Shown in pieces: positions 56,471-64,000 of a stretch of DNA of 64,000 nucleotides. Position 1 is the first letter of the stretch. Every line of letters starts with the position of its first letter. Made by a program: the position numbers and the translations under genes. Below the pieces are notes generated by a model. It was not told where the DNA came from, made no database searches, and saw only the letters and a list, made by a program, of their open reading frames with translations. The stretch spans positions 145,651-209,650 of the forward strand of contig DASWVB010000013.1 of assembly GCA_036401375.1 (NCBI GenBank), in the 5' to 3' direction. Source of the stretch: Acidisarcina sp. (GTDB lineage Bacteria; Acidobacteriota; Terriglobia; Terriglobales; Acidobacteriaceae).

Positions 56471-56651
56471 CCGTGGCCCCAATGCTCATGGTAAACGAAG
56501 GGCGAAGATTCAGCGAACGTGCAACGGCTTGCCTTAGATGGTTCCTCGGCTTGCCATGCTTGCAATTGCTTTAGTTCGCCATTCGCTTGGATGTTTAAAG
56601 CGCACGCTGCCTTTTTTGGTTCCGGCGAGCCGGGTCGCTGGCTCTGCTCCC

Positions 56652-57404
56652 TTACTGCGCGGGCCGCTTGGAGGTCGTGATCGGCTCAGGAGATGGATCC
56701 GTTTGTGCCTCCATCGCAGCGACGGCTGCCACCCACTCTGCAGGTGAATCGACCAGCCTGTCCGCGGGAACATCCTCCAGGGTGTGCGGAGAGAGCCCGA
56801 ACCGGCAGCCGAGCGCCCAGGCGCCCGCATTCCGCGCCGTGAGGATGTCTACCCCCGAGTCGCCCACCATCAGCGTCTGTTGCGGCGTCACTCCCGCCTC
56901 GGCCATGAGGGCGTGCAGGCCCGTTGGATCGGGCTTCTTGGTCGCGAAGCTGTTACCGCCGTAGATCCGAAAGAAGTAGGGACTGAGCTTCAGCGCATCG
57001 CATATCTCGACGGACGGACCTATCGGCTTGTTGGTCAACACCGCCATGGCCCGCGCTGCGCCGTCCGCTCCGGCGCGTAGTGCATCGAGGGCACCGAAGA
57101 CGCCCTCGTACACATACGTATGGTCGAGCTTGTGCTCGCGATAGTAGTCGAGGAAGCAGCTCAGAGCGCGATCGACATAGCGCTCATCCACAGGGTCGCC
57201 CAGCGCACGGCGCACCAGCATTCCGGCTCCGTCGCCAATGTAGGAGGCAATCACCGCCTCAGGCAGCGGCGGGCGTTCAAACTCGGTCAGCATTGCATTG
57301 ACCGCATTGCTGAGGTCGCGGCTGGAGTCGATCAGGGTTCCATCCAGATCGAAGACCAGCAGCCGCAACGAAGCCGCTGACAGAGAAGTGCCGCATTCGG
57401 ACAT
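56652..57404 (-). CDS. HAD-superfamily hydrolase (phosphoglycolate phosphatase-like)
   Basis: 'LLVFDLDGTLIDS', 'LTNK', 'MVGDSGVDI'. Confidence 0.8.
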   Translation of the reverse strand: MSECGTSLSAASLRLLVFDLDGTLIDSSRDLSNAVNAMLTEFERPPLPEAVIASYIGDGAGMLVRRALGDPVDERYVDRALSCFLDYYREHKLDHTYVYEGVFGALDALRAGADGAARAMAVLTNKPIGPSVEICDALKLSPYFFRIYGGNSFATKKPDPTGLHALMAEAGVTPQQTLMVGDSGVDILTARNAGAWALGCRFGLSPHTLEDVPADRLVDSPAEWVAAVAAMEAQTDPSPEPITTSKRPAQ

Positions 57405-57594
57405 CTTTCCAGCTTAAAGCAGTTGATTGCCGGTGCGTGCTGCAACGGCCAGAGGCACTGCCATGAAACATCGCGGCGAGATGCTCAGGCATACTGGGGC
57501 GTCGTGTCGACCAGAGTACCCGCTACAAGGCGAGAACAGATCAGGACGCGATCAGATAGCAATTGAGTTAACATAAGGCAGGTGTTACCCGAGC

Positions 57595-57879
57595 ATGGCT
57601 CCGACGAATCGTCAGTCTGAAGAGCGCGCGAACCTGATCTGCCCCAAGTGCCAGTACAACGGCATGCGCCGTGTACGCCGCCAGGGCTGGTTAGAGCGGG
57701 AGCTTTTGCCGCGCCTCGGTTTTTACCCGTGGGAATGCATCGACTGCCGGCAGATTTCGATGATCAAGATGAGGAAGGCGCCAGCCGCGCTCGTACAGGC
57801 TGAGCCGGAATCTTACGGGCCGCTCCTGCCCCCGATCAACCCTCCACGACCGTCCAGCGATCACCACGCCAGCGAGTAG
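57595..57879 (+). CDS. Small zinc-ribbon protein, hypothetical
   Basis: 'CPKCQ...' and 'CIDCRQ' CxxC pairs. Basic N-terminal half, Pro-rich tail. Confidence 0.5.
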   Translation: MAPTNRQSEERANLICPKCQYNGMRRVRRQGWLERELLPRLGFYPWECIDCRQISMIKMRKAPAALVQAEPESYGPLLPPINPPRPSSDHHASE

Positions 57880-57972
57880 AGCAGTCTGCGGGAGCGATTG
57901 GCGGCACACGACACCGCTAGAGGGGCATGGCATCGTTTTCCGCTGACAGGCCGCGCAAGCAGCAGGCAAGGA

Positions 57973-59139
57973 TCAGGCGCGAACCAGCACTCCAGCTGAC
58001 CGGTAGACCTCTCCACCGATGGCCGTATCGACCGCCGGCAGATCGGGCGTGTTCGTGAGGCACGTGATTGCGCCATTCAGCGACAGCACCGTGTCCTCAA
58101 CCTTGCCGCCGCGGATACTGGGGTTCCACGCGAAGGCCTGCGCGTCTACGACAACATTCTCACCGCCTGGCTTGGCAAGCCACTCCCGCTCGCCATATCC
58201 GCAGGCGCCGCCCTGGTGGTGAAACTCCTCTTCCCCCGGAAAGCCGGCCTGGCTGTATGCCTGCTGCGCCACGGAGAAGAGCTCGCCCGAGGTCGCTCCC
58301 ACACGGGTCGCATGCAGCAGAGCCGCATTCACCTGTGCCGCGGCCGCGAAGCGCTCCGCGAGCTCTGCCGGCAGCGGGCCAAAGTGAACGAAGCGGGTGA
58401 TGGATATCGCCAGCCCCCACTTCCGCGAACAGAGGTTAAGCATGCCATAGCTCTTTAGCGTGGCGCCTCGCGCCACCGCGTGCTTGTAGTTGAAGATGCG
58501 TTCGTCGGCGGCCATCAGCAGCACCGAGGGCAGGATGCCGCGCGACAGCAGCGCCTCGGCGATCCGGCCCTCCATGTCGAACTCGGTCACGCCCGGCTCA
58601 AGCCCGTGCAGCACCGCCGAGGTCGCCTCCGCAGTGCGCGCACCAAGCCAGCGGTAGCGAGAGATCTCCGCTGGTGTGAGACTGGCCCGCAGAGGCGCAA
58701 GGTCGACAACTGAGAAATCCGCGATAGCGGTATCGCTGCCGATCTTCGCTGCGCCGGCAGCGCCGACGATGCGCTGTGTCTCGGCAACCGTGCGGTCTTC
58801 AAACCAGGGAAACAGCACCGGCTCATAGTTCAGCGCGCCAAACTCCTCCGCGGCAAGCCGGGGCGCCTCGTTGCTGGTTGTCAGGTAAAACCGCCGTCCA
58901 TCGCGGGTTATCAGCAGCGAAGCAACGCCCGTTTCTCCCGGTATCAACACGCGGACCTCGGCCTGCCCGCCGGTGGCCCACGCGATGTTTTCGCCACGGC
59001 GCAACAGGAGTGCGTCGAGCTTATGCTCTGAGAGAAACTGCTCCAGCCGCGCGCTCTTCTCCGTCAGCTCCGACCGCAGCGCTTCATCGGTAACAATCTG
59101 CTGGTCGGTGCGGATCAATCCATTCCCTTCACTGCGCAT
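57973..59139 (-). CDS. M24-family metallopeptidase (Xaa-Pro peptidase/creatinase-like)
   Basis: Creatinase_N-like N-terminus. C-terminal pita-bread fold with 'HHQGGACGY' and 'EDTVL'. Confidence 0.75.
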   Translation of the reverse strand: MRSEGNGLIRTDQQIVTDEALRSELTEKSARLEQFLSEHKLDALLLRRGENIAWATGGQAEVRVLIPGETGVASLLITRDGRRFYLTTSNEAPRLAAEEFGALNYEPVLFPWFEDRTVAETQRIVGAAGAAKIGSDTAIADFSVVDLAPLRASLTPAEISRYRWLGARTAEATSAVLHGLEPGVTEFDMEGRIAEALLSRGILPSVLLMAADERIFNYKHAVARGATLKSYGMLNLCSRKWGLAISITRFVHFGPLPAELAERFAAAAQVNAALLHATRVGATSGELFSVAQQAYSQAGFPGEEEFHHQGGACGYGEREWLAKPGGENVVVDAQAFAWNPSIRGGKVEDTVLSLNGAITCLTNTPDLPAVDTAIGGEVYRSAGVLVRA

Positions 59140-60593
59140 CGCGCGCGCTCTCTAGCGTGCCAGTCCTCGAGCTCAGGATGATAATGGCTCTGGAAGCCAA
59201 GGTAGCGAGTAGCCGCCTCGTGGATGGCCGGCGCAGTCTCTGAGAAATTCGCCGCCACGTGATGCTCGAAGCCGTTGCGGCAGATGTACTTCAAGAGTGA
59301 TTGCATCTTTGGAATCTCAACCACGCCCGCGCCGCCAAACGTCTCCAGCGGATCGTCGGTGAAGCGTCCGTGCCCGGTATACCCGCGGATCACACCGTGC
59401 TGATCGTCGGTCGAGTAGCGCGCGTAGCTCATCGCGCCCGCCTTGACGTGCCCGACGCAGGTGCCGAAGGTATTCTCTTTGCCAACCGTGCCGGCAATGA
59501 TTGCCTGGAAGTCCATCTTCACGTCTTTCTCACGGAAGAAATGCTTTGGCAGGTTGGAGCAGTGAAAGCAGACCGCCTTGTTCGGGTCGTCGCCGTAGTT
59601 ATTGTTCCAGTCCAGCAGCGCGCTCGGCGTCCCCGAGGCCAGCGACAGCATGTGCATGCTCAGAGTTCCCGGCACATCGACCTCGCAGGCGCTCGGAATC
59701 AGCTCCTGGCTCATCATGCTCATCACCGTACACGGCACCACACCAAAGTATTCTTCGAGCGCTGTCCAGCACTGCACTGCGCTGATGTCGAGGTGGTTGG
59801 TCTTCATCCAGGTGTCGATCACCGTCCCGAGCTTCGCCATCTTCAACAGAGCCTCTTCGGGAATATCCTTGGTCGACACATACTTCTTGATGGCGGCGAG
59901 CTTCGCCTGCGCTCCATCATCGTTGTCCTTGAGGCGGTTGATGCGACCGAGCACCTCCGACAGATCTATGGGGTCTACGGTGATGCCGTGCTCCTCATAC
60001 AGCCGTTCGCTGTAGCGCACGGTGTTGAAGGCTCCCGGCCTGGCCCCGATCGAACCGATGCGCAGATTCTTGAGCCCGCGAACTACGCGGCAGACCGAGG
60101 CGAACCACGCCAGGTCCGCCTGGAAGGCCTCCGACTCAGGATCGACGGTGTGCAGCCTGGTCAGCGAATAGGGGATGTTGTACTGCATCAGGTTGTTGCA
60201 GATCGACATCTTGCCGCAGAAGCTGTCGCGCCGGAACGCGATCGTCATCTTGCCGGTTCGATCCGGCGTGGCCTGGACCAGGACCGGCACCCTCAACCCC
60301 GAGAGCCGCAGGGCGTCCGCGATCCCGCGCTCCTCGCCGAAGTTCGGCAGGGTCACGATGATGCCGTCGATCTCGTCGGCATGCTCTTTGAAGAGCCTCG
60401 CGCAGGTCAGCGCCTCATCGTAAGTCTCAACCGCTCCGTAGGAGGTCTGCGCCTCCGACGTGACGATGGGAGTGATGCCTGCCTGCTGCAGCGCCTTGAT
60501 CATCTGCTCGCGGCCAGTCTTCGCCAGGTGATGGGGAAAGAAGCCGCGGTTGCCTACCACAATCCCGAAGGTGAGCGCTTTCTGTGTTGCCAT
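59115..60593 (-). CDS. L-fucose/L-arabinose isomerase-family sugar isomerase
   Basis: 'FGIVVGNRGFFPHHL', 'IIVTLPNFGEE', C-terminal 'EHHVA'. Neighbours araD and a sugar-type SSS transporter. Confidence 0.75.
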   Translation of the reverse strand: MATQKALTFGIVVGNRGFFPHHLAKTGREQMIKALQQAGITPIVTSEAQTSYGAVETYDEALTCARLFKEHADEIDGIIVTLPNFGEERGIADALRLSGLRVPVLVQATPDRTGKMTIAFRRDSFCGKMSICNNLMQYNIPYSLTRLHTVDPESEAFQADLAWFASVCRVVRGLKNLRIGSIGARPGAFNTVRYSERLYEEHGITVDPIDLSEVLGRINRLKDNDDGAQAKLAAIKKYVSTKDIPEEALLKMAKLGTVIDTWMKTNHLDISAVQCWTALEEYFGVVPCTVMSMMSQELIPSACEVDVPGTLSMHMLSLASGTPSALLDWNNNYGDDPNKAVCFHCSNLPKHFFREKDVKMDFQAIIAGTVGKENTFGTCVGHVKAGAMSYARYSTDDQHGVIRGYTGHGRFTDDPLETFGGAGVVEIPKMQSLLKYICRNGFEHHVAANFSETAPAIHEAATRYLGFQSHYHPELEDWHARERARCAVKGMD

Positions 60594-60615
60594 AGACTTC
60601 GTAGTCTCCGAAAAA

Positions 60616-60837
60616 CTAATCTAACTTCTTCGCGGGCGAGAAACGCAGGCAGTAAAACACCCCGATCGCAAGCATGATCGCGCCCCACCAGACGGGAGCG
60701 TGCAGCTGAACGAGCACCACGTGCGCCCAGTTGCCCGAAACATACTCGTAGATACCGTAGCCGAGAATCAGCGCTCCGTAGATGGTGAGGAGCACCCCGA
60801 TAAAGAACCAGATCGAAATCGATCCCGCAGAATGCAT
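60616..60837 (-). CDS. Small two-TM membrane protein, hypothetical (possible accessory subunit of the adjacent symporter)
   Basis: 73 aa, two hydrophobic helices. Lies 36 nt downstream of the SSS gene. Confidence 0.5.
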   Translation of the reverse strand: MHSAGSISIWFFIGVLLTIYGALILGYGIYEYVSGNWAHVVLVQLHAPVWWGAIMLAIGVFYCLRFSPAKKLD

Positions 60838-60873
60838 AATCCCTTTCAGCGCAGGTGCTGTTGCAGACTGCGG

Positions 60874-62748
60874 TTAGAAGAAGACGATGTTGAGGATGAA
60901 GAACACGACCACCACGATCGCCGCCCAGAACCAGTGGTTCTTGATCAGCGGCACCGGCCCCTCGTCGGGGATCTCGGTCGCACCATAGACCAGGCCATTC
61001 AGCTCGAGCAGGGTCTTCGGCCTGGTCATCATGCTTACAACCGCCGTCACGCCCACACAGACCACAAAGGACCAGAGGGCCCGATATAGGTTCTCTGCCA
61101 TGTCCTTGGCGTCGGGCGAAAAGGCCACCATCGACAGCGCCCGCGGATCGAGCTTGACCCACGTAAACAGCCCGATCGAGGTCGCCGTTCCGGCCAGCAA
61201 TCCCCAGAATCCGCCCGCCTCCGTAGCCCGCTTCCAGAACATTCCACACAGGATCGTGCCCAGCAGCGGCGCGATGAAGAAGCTGAAGAGCGCCTGCACA
61301 TAGTCCATGATCCCGGCCATGTGCGTGACCAGGTAGGCCGCCACGATGCTCACCAGCACGCCCAGGATGGTCGCCCAGCGACCAACCGCCACGTAGTGCG
61401 CGTCGGTGGCCTTTTTGTTGATCAATGGCTGATAGATGTCATAGGTCCACACCGCCGAGAAGGCGCTGACGTTGCCCGCCATCCCCGACATGAAACCCGC
61501 AATGAGCGCGGTGATCCCAAGCCCAAGCAGTCCCGGTCCGCAGTAGCGCACCAGCATCAGCGGCAGCACTTCGTTGTAGCTGTGCGGATTGGCGACCGTC
61601 CTCGCATTCTCCCCTACCAGGTGCATCAGCGAGCCGTCTGAGTTCTGCAGCACGACCAGGCCAAGCAACCCCGGCAGGATGACGATGAAGGGCACGGCCA
61701 TCTTGAAGACCGACGCAATGATGGGGGCCATCTGCGCCGACCGCAGGCTGTTCGCCGACAGCACCCGCTGCACCACCAGGAAGTCGGTCGTCCAGTAGCC
61801 GAAGGAAATCACGAATCCGAGTCCGAAGACGATACCCGTCCAGTGCACCCCCATGGGGTTTGAGCCGAAGTGAGCGAGCGGCCGCCACATATGCGTGTAG
61901 TCCTGGGTTGGTGCGCCGGTGAGCAGGTGCACCTGTACCGCATTGGCGAGGATGTTGGCCTTGAGCTTCGTCCAGCCGCCCGCCTCGATCAAGCCCAGGA
62001 TCGGGATCAGCAGCGCCCCGCCCCAGATTAGAACAAACTGCAGCACTTCGTTGAAGATCGCCGAGCGCAGACCGCCGAGCGTTACGTACGCCGCCACGGC
62101 GAGGGACGACATGAGGATGCTGAAGGTGATGTCCCACCCCAGCACGACCTTCATCACGACCGCCATCGCGAACATGTTGACGCCGCTCATCAGGATCGTC
62201 ATCAGCCCAAACGAGATGGCAGCGAGGATGCGGCTCTGTTCTCCGAAGCGAAGCTTGAGGTATCCCGGCACCGAGTGCGTCTTGGACACGTAATAGAACG
62301 GCATCATTACCAGGCCGAGGAAGAGCATCGCCGGAATTGCGCCGATCCAGTACCAGTGCGCCGCGAGAATACCGTACTGATAGGCCGAGCCCGCCCAGCC
62401 CATCAGTTCGAGCGAGCCGAGGTTTGCCGAGACGAAGCTCAGGCCCGCGATCCAAGCCGTCATCTCCCGGCCGGCCATAAAGAACTCTTCGCTGGTGTTG
62501 GCCTGGCGCTTCAGGTAAAAGCCAATCCAGATCACCATCGCGAAGTAGATCGCGATCACCGCAATGTCGATTCCGGAGAGGTGAGCCAGCTGGCGCTGCG
62601 CCTGCAACATCACCAGGCCTGCACCCGGCGTAAGTCCGTGGGCGAACATGCACGAGAGGTTGCCGGGAGACATTGACTTCATGGAACTAAGAGAGTTGAG
62701 AGCACTCAAGGGATCCAGTGTGTTCAGCATGCGGCAAGCTCCGGGCAT
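60874..62748 (-). CDS. Sodium:solute symporter (SSS/SGLT family)
   Basis: 13-14 TM segments. 'FFMAGREMTAWIAGLSFVSANLGSLELMG', 'GGLRSAIFNEVLQF'. The true start may be an internal Met (for example 'MLQAQRQ'). Confidence 0.9.
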   Translation of the reverse strand: MPGACRMLNTLDPLSALNSLSSMKSMSPGNLSCMFAHGLTPGAGLVMLQAQRQLAHLSGIDIAVIAIYFAMVIWIGFYLKRQANTSEEFFMAGREMTAWIAGLSFVSANLGSLELMGWAGSAYQYGILAAHWYWIGAIPAMLFLGLVMMPFYYVSKTHSVPGYLKLRFGEQSRILAAISFGLMTILMSGVNMFAMAVVMKVVLGWDITFSILMSSLAVAAYVTLGGLRSAIFNEVLQFVLIWGGALLIPILGLIEAGGWTKLKANILANAVQVHLLTGAPTQDYTHMWRPLAHFGSNPMGVHWTGIVFGLGFVISFGYWTTDFLVVQRVLSANSLRSAQMAPIIASVFKMAVPFIVILPGLLGLVVLQNSDGSLMHLVGENARTVANPHSYNEVLPLMLVRYCGPGLLGLGITALIAGFMSGMAGNVSAFSAVWTYDIYQPLINKKATDAHYVAVGRWATILGVLVSIVAAYLVTHMAGIMDYVQALFSFFIAPLLGTILCGMFWKRATEAGGFWGLLAGTATSIGLFTWVKLDPRALSMVAFSPDAKDMAENLYRALWSFVVCVGVTAVVSMMTRPKTLLELNGLVYGATEIPDEGPVPLIKNHWFWAAIVVVVFFILNIVFF

Positions 62749-62994
62749 AAACGAGCCGGCTGGCTGGCCTTCAGGCTTTCAACATCCTTACCGGGGGCGC
62801 TGCAGTCAGTAGAACAGGTGAACATTCCTGCCATTCTCCAGCGGCCGTCGAGGCGCGCTCACTTCTGTGTATTGCCACTTTACCCTAGCGCGCATCCACG
62901 AGGGCAGAGGTCGCTCCAGGCATAACTTCGGTCCGGCATCGAGACTATCCTTAGCACGGCCTGGCGCCGAACCCTCGAGGTCGAACTCCTGTCA

Positions 62995-63013
62995 GGCCAA
63001 ACTCTGTTTGGCC
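62995..63013 (-). terminator. Hairpin about 20 nt downstream of the araD stop (terminator candidate)
   Basis: GGCCAAAC-tct-GTTTGGCC, a perfect 8-bp stem. No strong U-tract on the araD strand. Confidence 0.35.
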
Positions 63014-63033
63014 CTCGCTCGAATTTATTCGCG

Positions 63034-63726
63034 CTACCTCTGGCCGTAGGTCGCCTTCGGCCCGTGCTTGCGTTCGTAGTGCTTCTTGAGCAATGCGCCA
63101 GACACTTCGCCGAGTTCCGGGTTCAACAGCCTGCTGCGAAAGGCCAACTTCGCAATATACTCCAGCAGCACGGCGTTGTGCGCAGCCGCATCCGGCGTCT
63201 TTCCCCACGCAAACGGCGCATGCCCTGCCACCAGCACACCGGGTGTGGCGGCGGAGTTCAGATTGGCGAAACGCCGGAGGATCACCTTGCCGGTATTCAA
63301 CTCGTAGGACGTCTCAATCTCCTCGTCGGTGAGTGGATCCGTCACGGGAATGTCACCGCGGAAGTAGTCCGCGTGTGTCGTCCCGAAGCAGGGGATAGGC
63401 TGCCCGGCCTGCGCCCATGAAGTGGCGAACTCGGAGTGAGTATGCACCACGCCGCCTATCCACGGCATCTCCCGATACAGCAGCAGGTGGGTCTCGACAT
63501 CGGAGGAGGGGTTCAACTTGCCCTCAACAATCTTGCCGTCGAGGTCAGTGATCACCATGTCCTCAGCCCTCAGCCGCGCATAGGGCACGCCGCTCGGCTT
63601 GATGGCCACCAGGCCCTGCTCGCGGTCGATGCCGCTGGCGTTGCCAAACGTATAGAGCACTAGGCCCTGCCGCTGCAGCTCCAGGTTGGCGTCCAGAACC
63701 TTCTCTCGTAATTCAGTCAGCAGCAT
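63034..63726 (-). CDS. araD: L-ribulose-5-phosphate 4-epimerase
   Basis: 'LVLYTFGNASGIDREQGLVAIKPSGVPY', 'VVHTHSEFATSWAQAG', 'GHAPFAWG'. Confidence 0.9.
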   Translation of the reverse strand: MLLTELREKVLDANLELQRQGLVLYTFGNASGIDREQGLVAIKPSGVPYARLRAEDMVITDLDGKIVEGKLNPSSDVETHLLLYREMPWIGGVVHTHSEFATSWAQAGQPIPCFGTTHADYFRGDIPVTDPLTDEEIETSYELNTGKVILRRFANLNSAATPGVLVAGHAPFAWGKTPDAAAHNAVLLEYIAKLAFRSRLLNPELGEVSGALLKKHYERKHGPKATYGQR

Positions 63727-64000
63727 AAGCCTCTCTCTTTGCCGGGCTGCACCGGCGATCCCGCCGCAGTAAACGTTTCCGCAGTTGGAGAGTAGTGCAT
63801 CCGCACTCCAAGGTCAATCCGCAGCTCCTCTCCCAATCGAACCATCATCTTCGCTGCCTATGTTCTCGAGAAGCCTGACTGGTACTCGCAGTACTTGTAT
63901 CAGACGAACAACCCCGAGTCCCAGCCCGAACCTGCCTGTTCGAGTATCGAGCACTCCTGATCAGGAGGGTCGATACCACGCCCGTTCCTAACCCGCATCC

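Noticed and set aside
59301-60677. 458-aa plus-strand ORF, and similar long ORFs at 55049..56311 (+), 42580..43842 (-), 61439..62653 (-), 1670..2560 (+) and 35210..35911 (-)
   Set aside because: All lie antisense to, or out of frame with, genes that have strong family signatures (isomerase, uvrB, TonB receptor, SSS, selD, rSAM). They have Arg/Ala/Gly/Pro-rich compositions typical of spurious ORFs in high-GC DNA.
1-64000. CRISPR arrays, tRNA/rRNA genes, intact IS elements or integrases, selenocysteine recoding (in-frame TGA + SECIS)
   Set aside because: No regularly spaced repeats of 24 bp or more were seen. No tRNA T-loop consensus (GGTTCRANTCC), transposase or integrase motifs were seen either. 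No conserved gene in the window needs an in-frame TGA. tRNAscan-SE, Infernal and ISfinder would confirm this.

Overview
High-GC (about 60% by eye) bacterial chromosomal segment. The gene content looks Acidobacteriota/Terriglobia-like: a wHTH-Ser/Thr-kinase-TPR protein, a TonB-dependent receptor with a CarboxypepD_reg-like N-terminus, and many secreted or membrane proteins. About 55 protein-coding genes can be supported. I found no rRNA, tRNA, CRISPR array or intact IS element. Most of the window is housekeeping or accessory metabolism: uvrB, xthA, trmJ-like, dps, a copAB copper island, sugar catabolism with araD and an SSS transporter, peptide-type ABC permeases, and a GT2/DUF2064/GT-C trio. 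Three loci deserve follow-up. (1) 7553-9912: a low-GC two-gene islet. It encodes a UG/Abi-type (non-retron, non-intron) reverse transcriptase with a helical-repeat C-terminus, followed by a zinc-ribbon/low-complexity/TIR protein. It is flanked by about 0.5 kb of degraded non-coding DNA on each side. This is a candidate uncharacterised RT-TIR anti-phage module. (2) 29674-41688: a translationally coupled operon. It has four B12-binding radical SAM enzymes (two paralog pairs), a fifth SPASM/twitch-like radical SAM enzyme, two or three class I methyltransferases (one fused to an amidohydrolase), and a convergent sulfotransferase. It has no recognisable scaffold enzyme (NRPS, PKS, terpene) or annotated precursor. 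(3) 1328-7019: selD is translationally coupled to a radical SAM/SPASM enzyme behind a PhnCDE-like ABC importer, with no selA, selB or selU nearby. This may be an orphan selenium-utilisation operon. Coordinates come from the supplied ORF track. Starts were re-picked where conserved N-termini, Shine-Dalgarno (SD) sites or stop/start overlaps supported it. All homology calls are from motif recognition by eye, not from searches.
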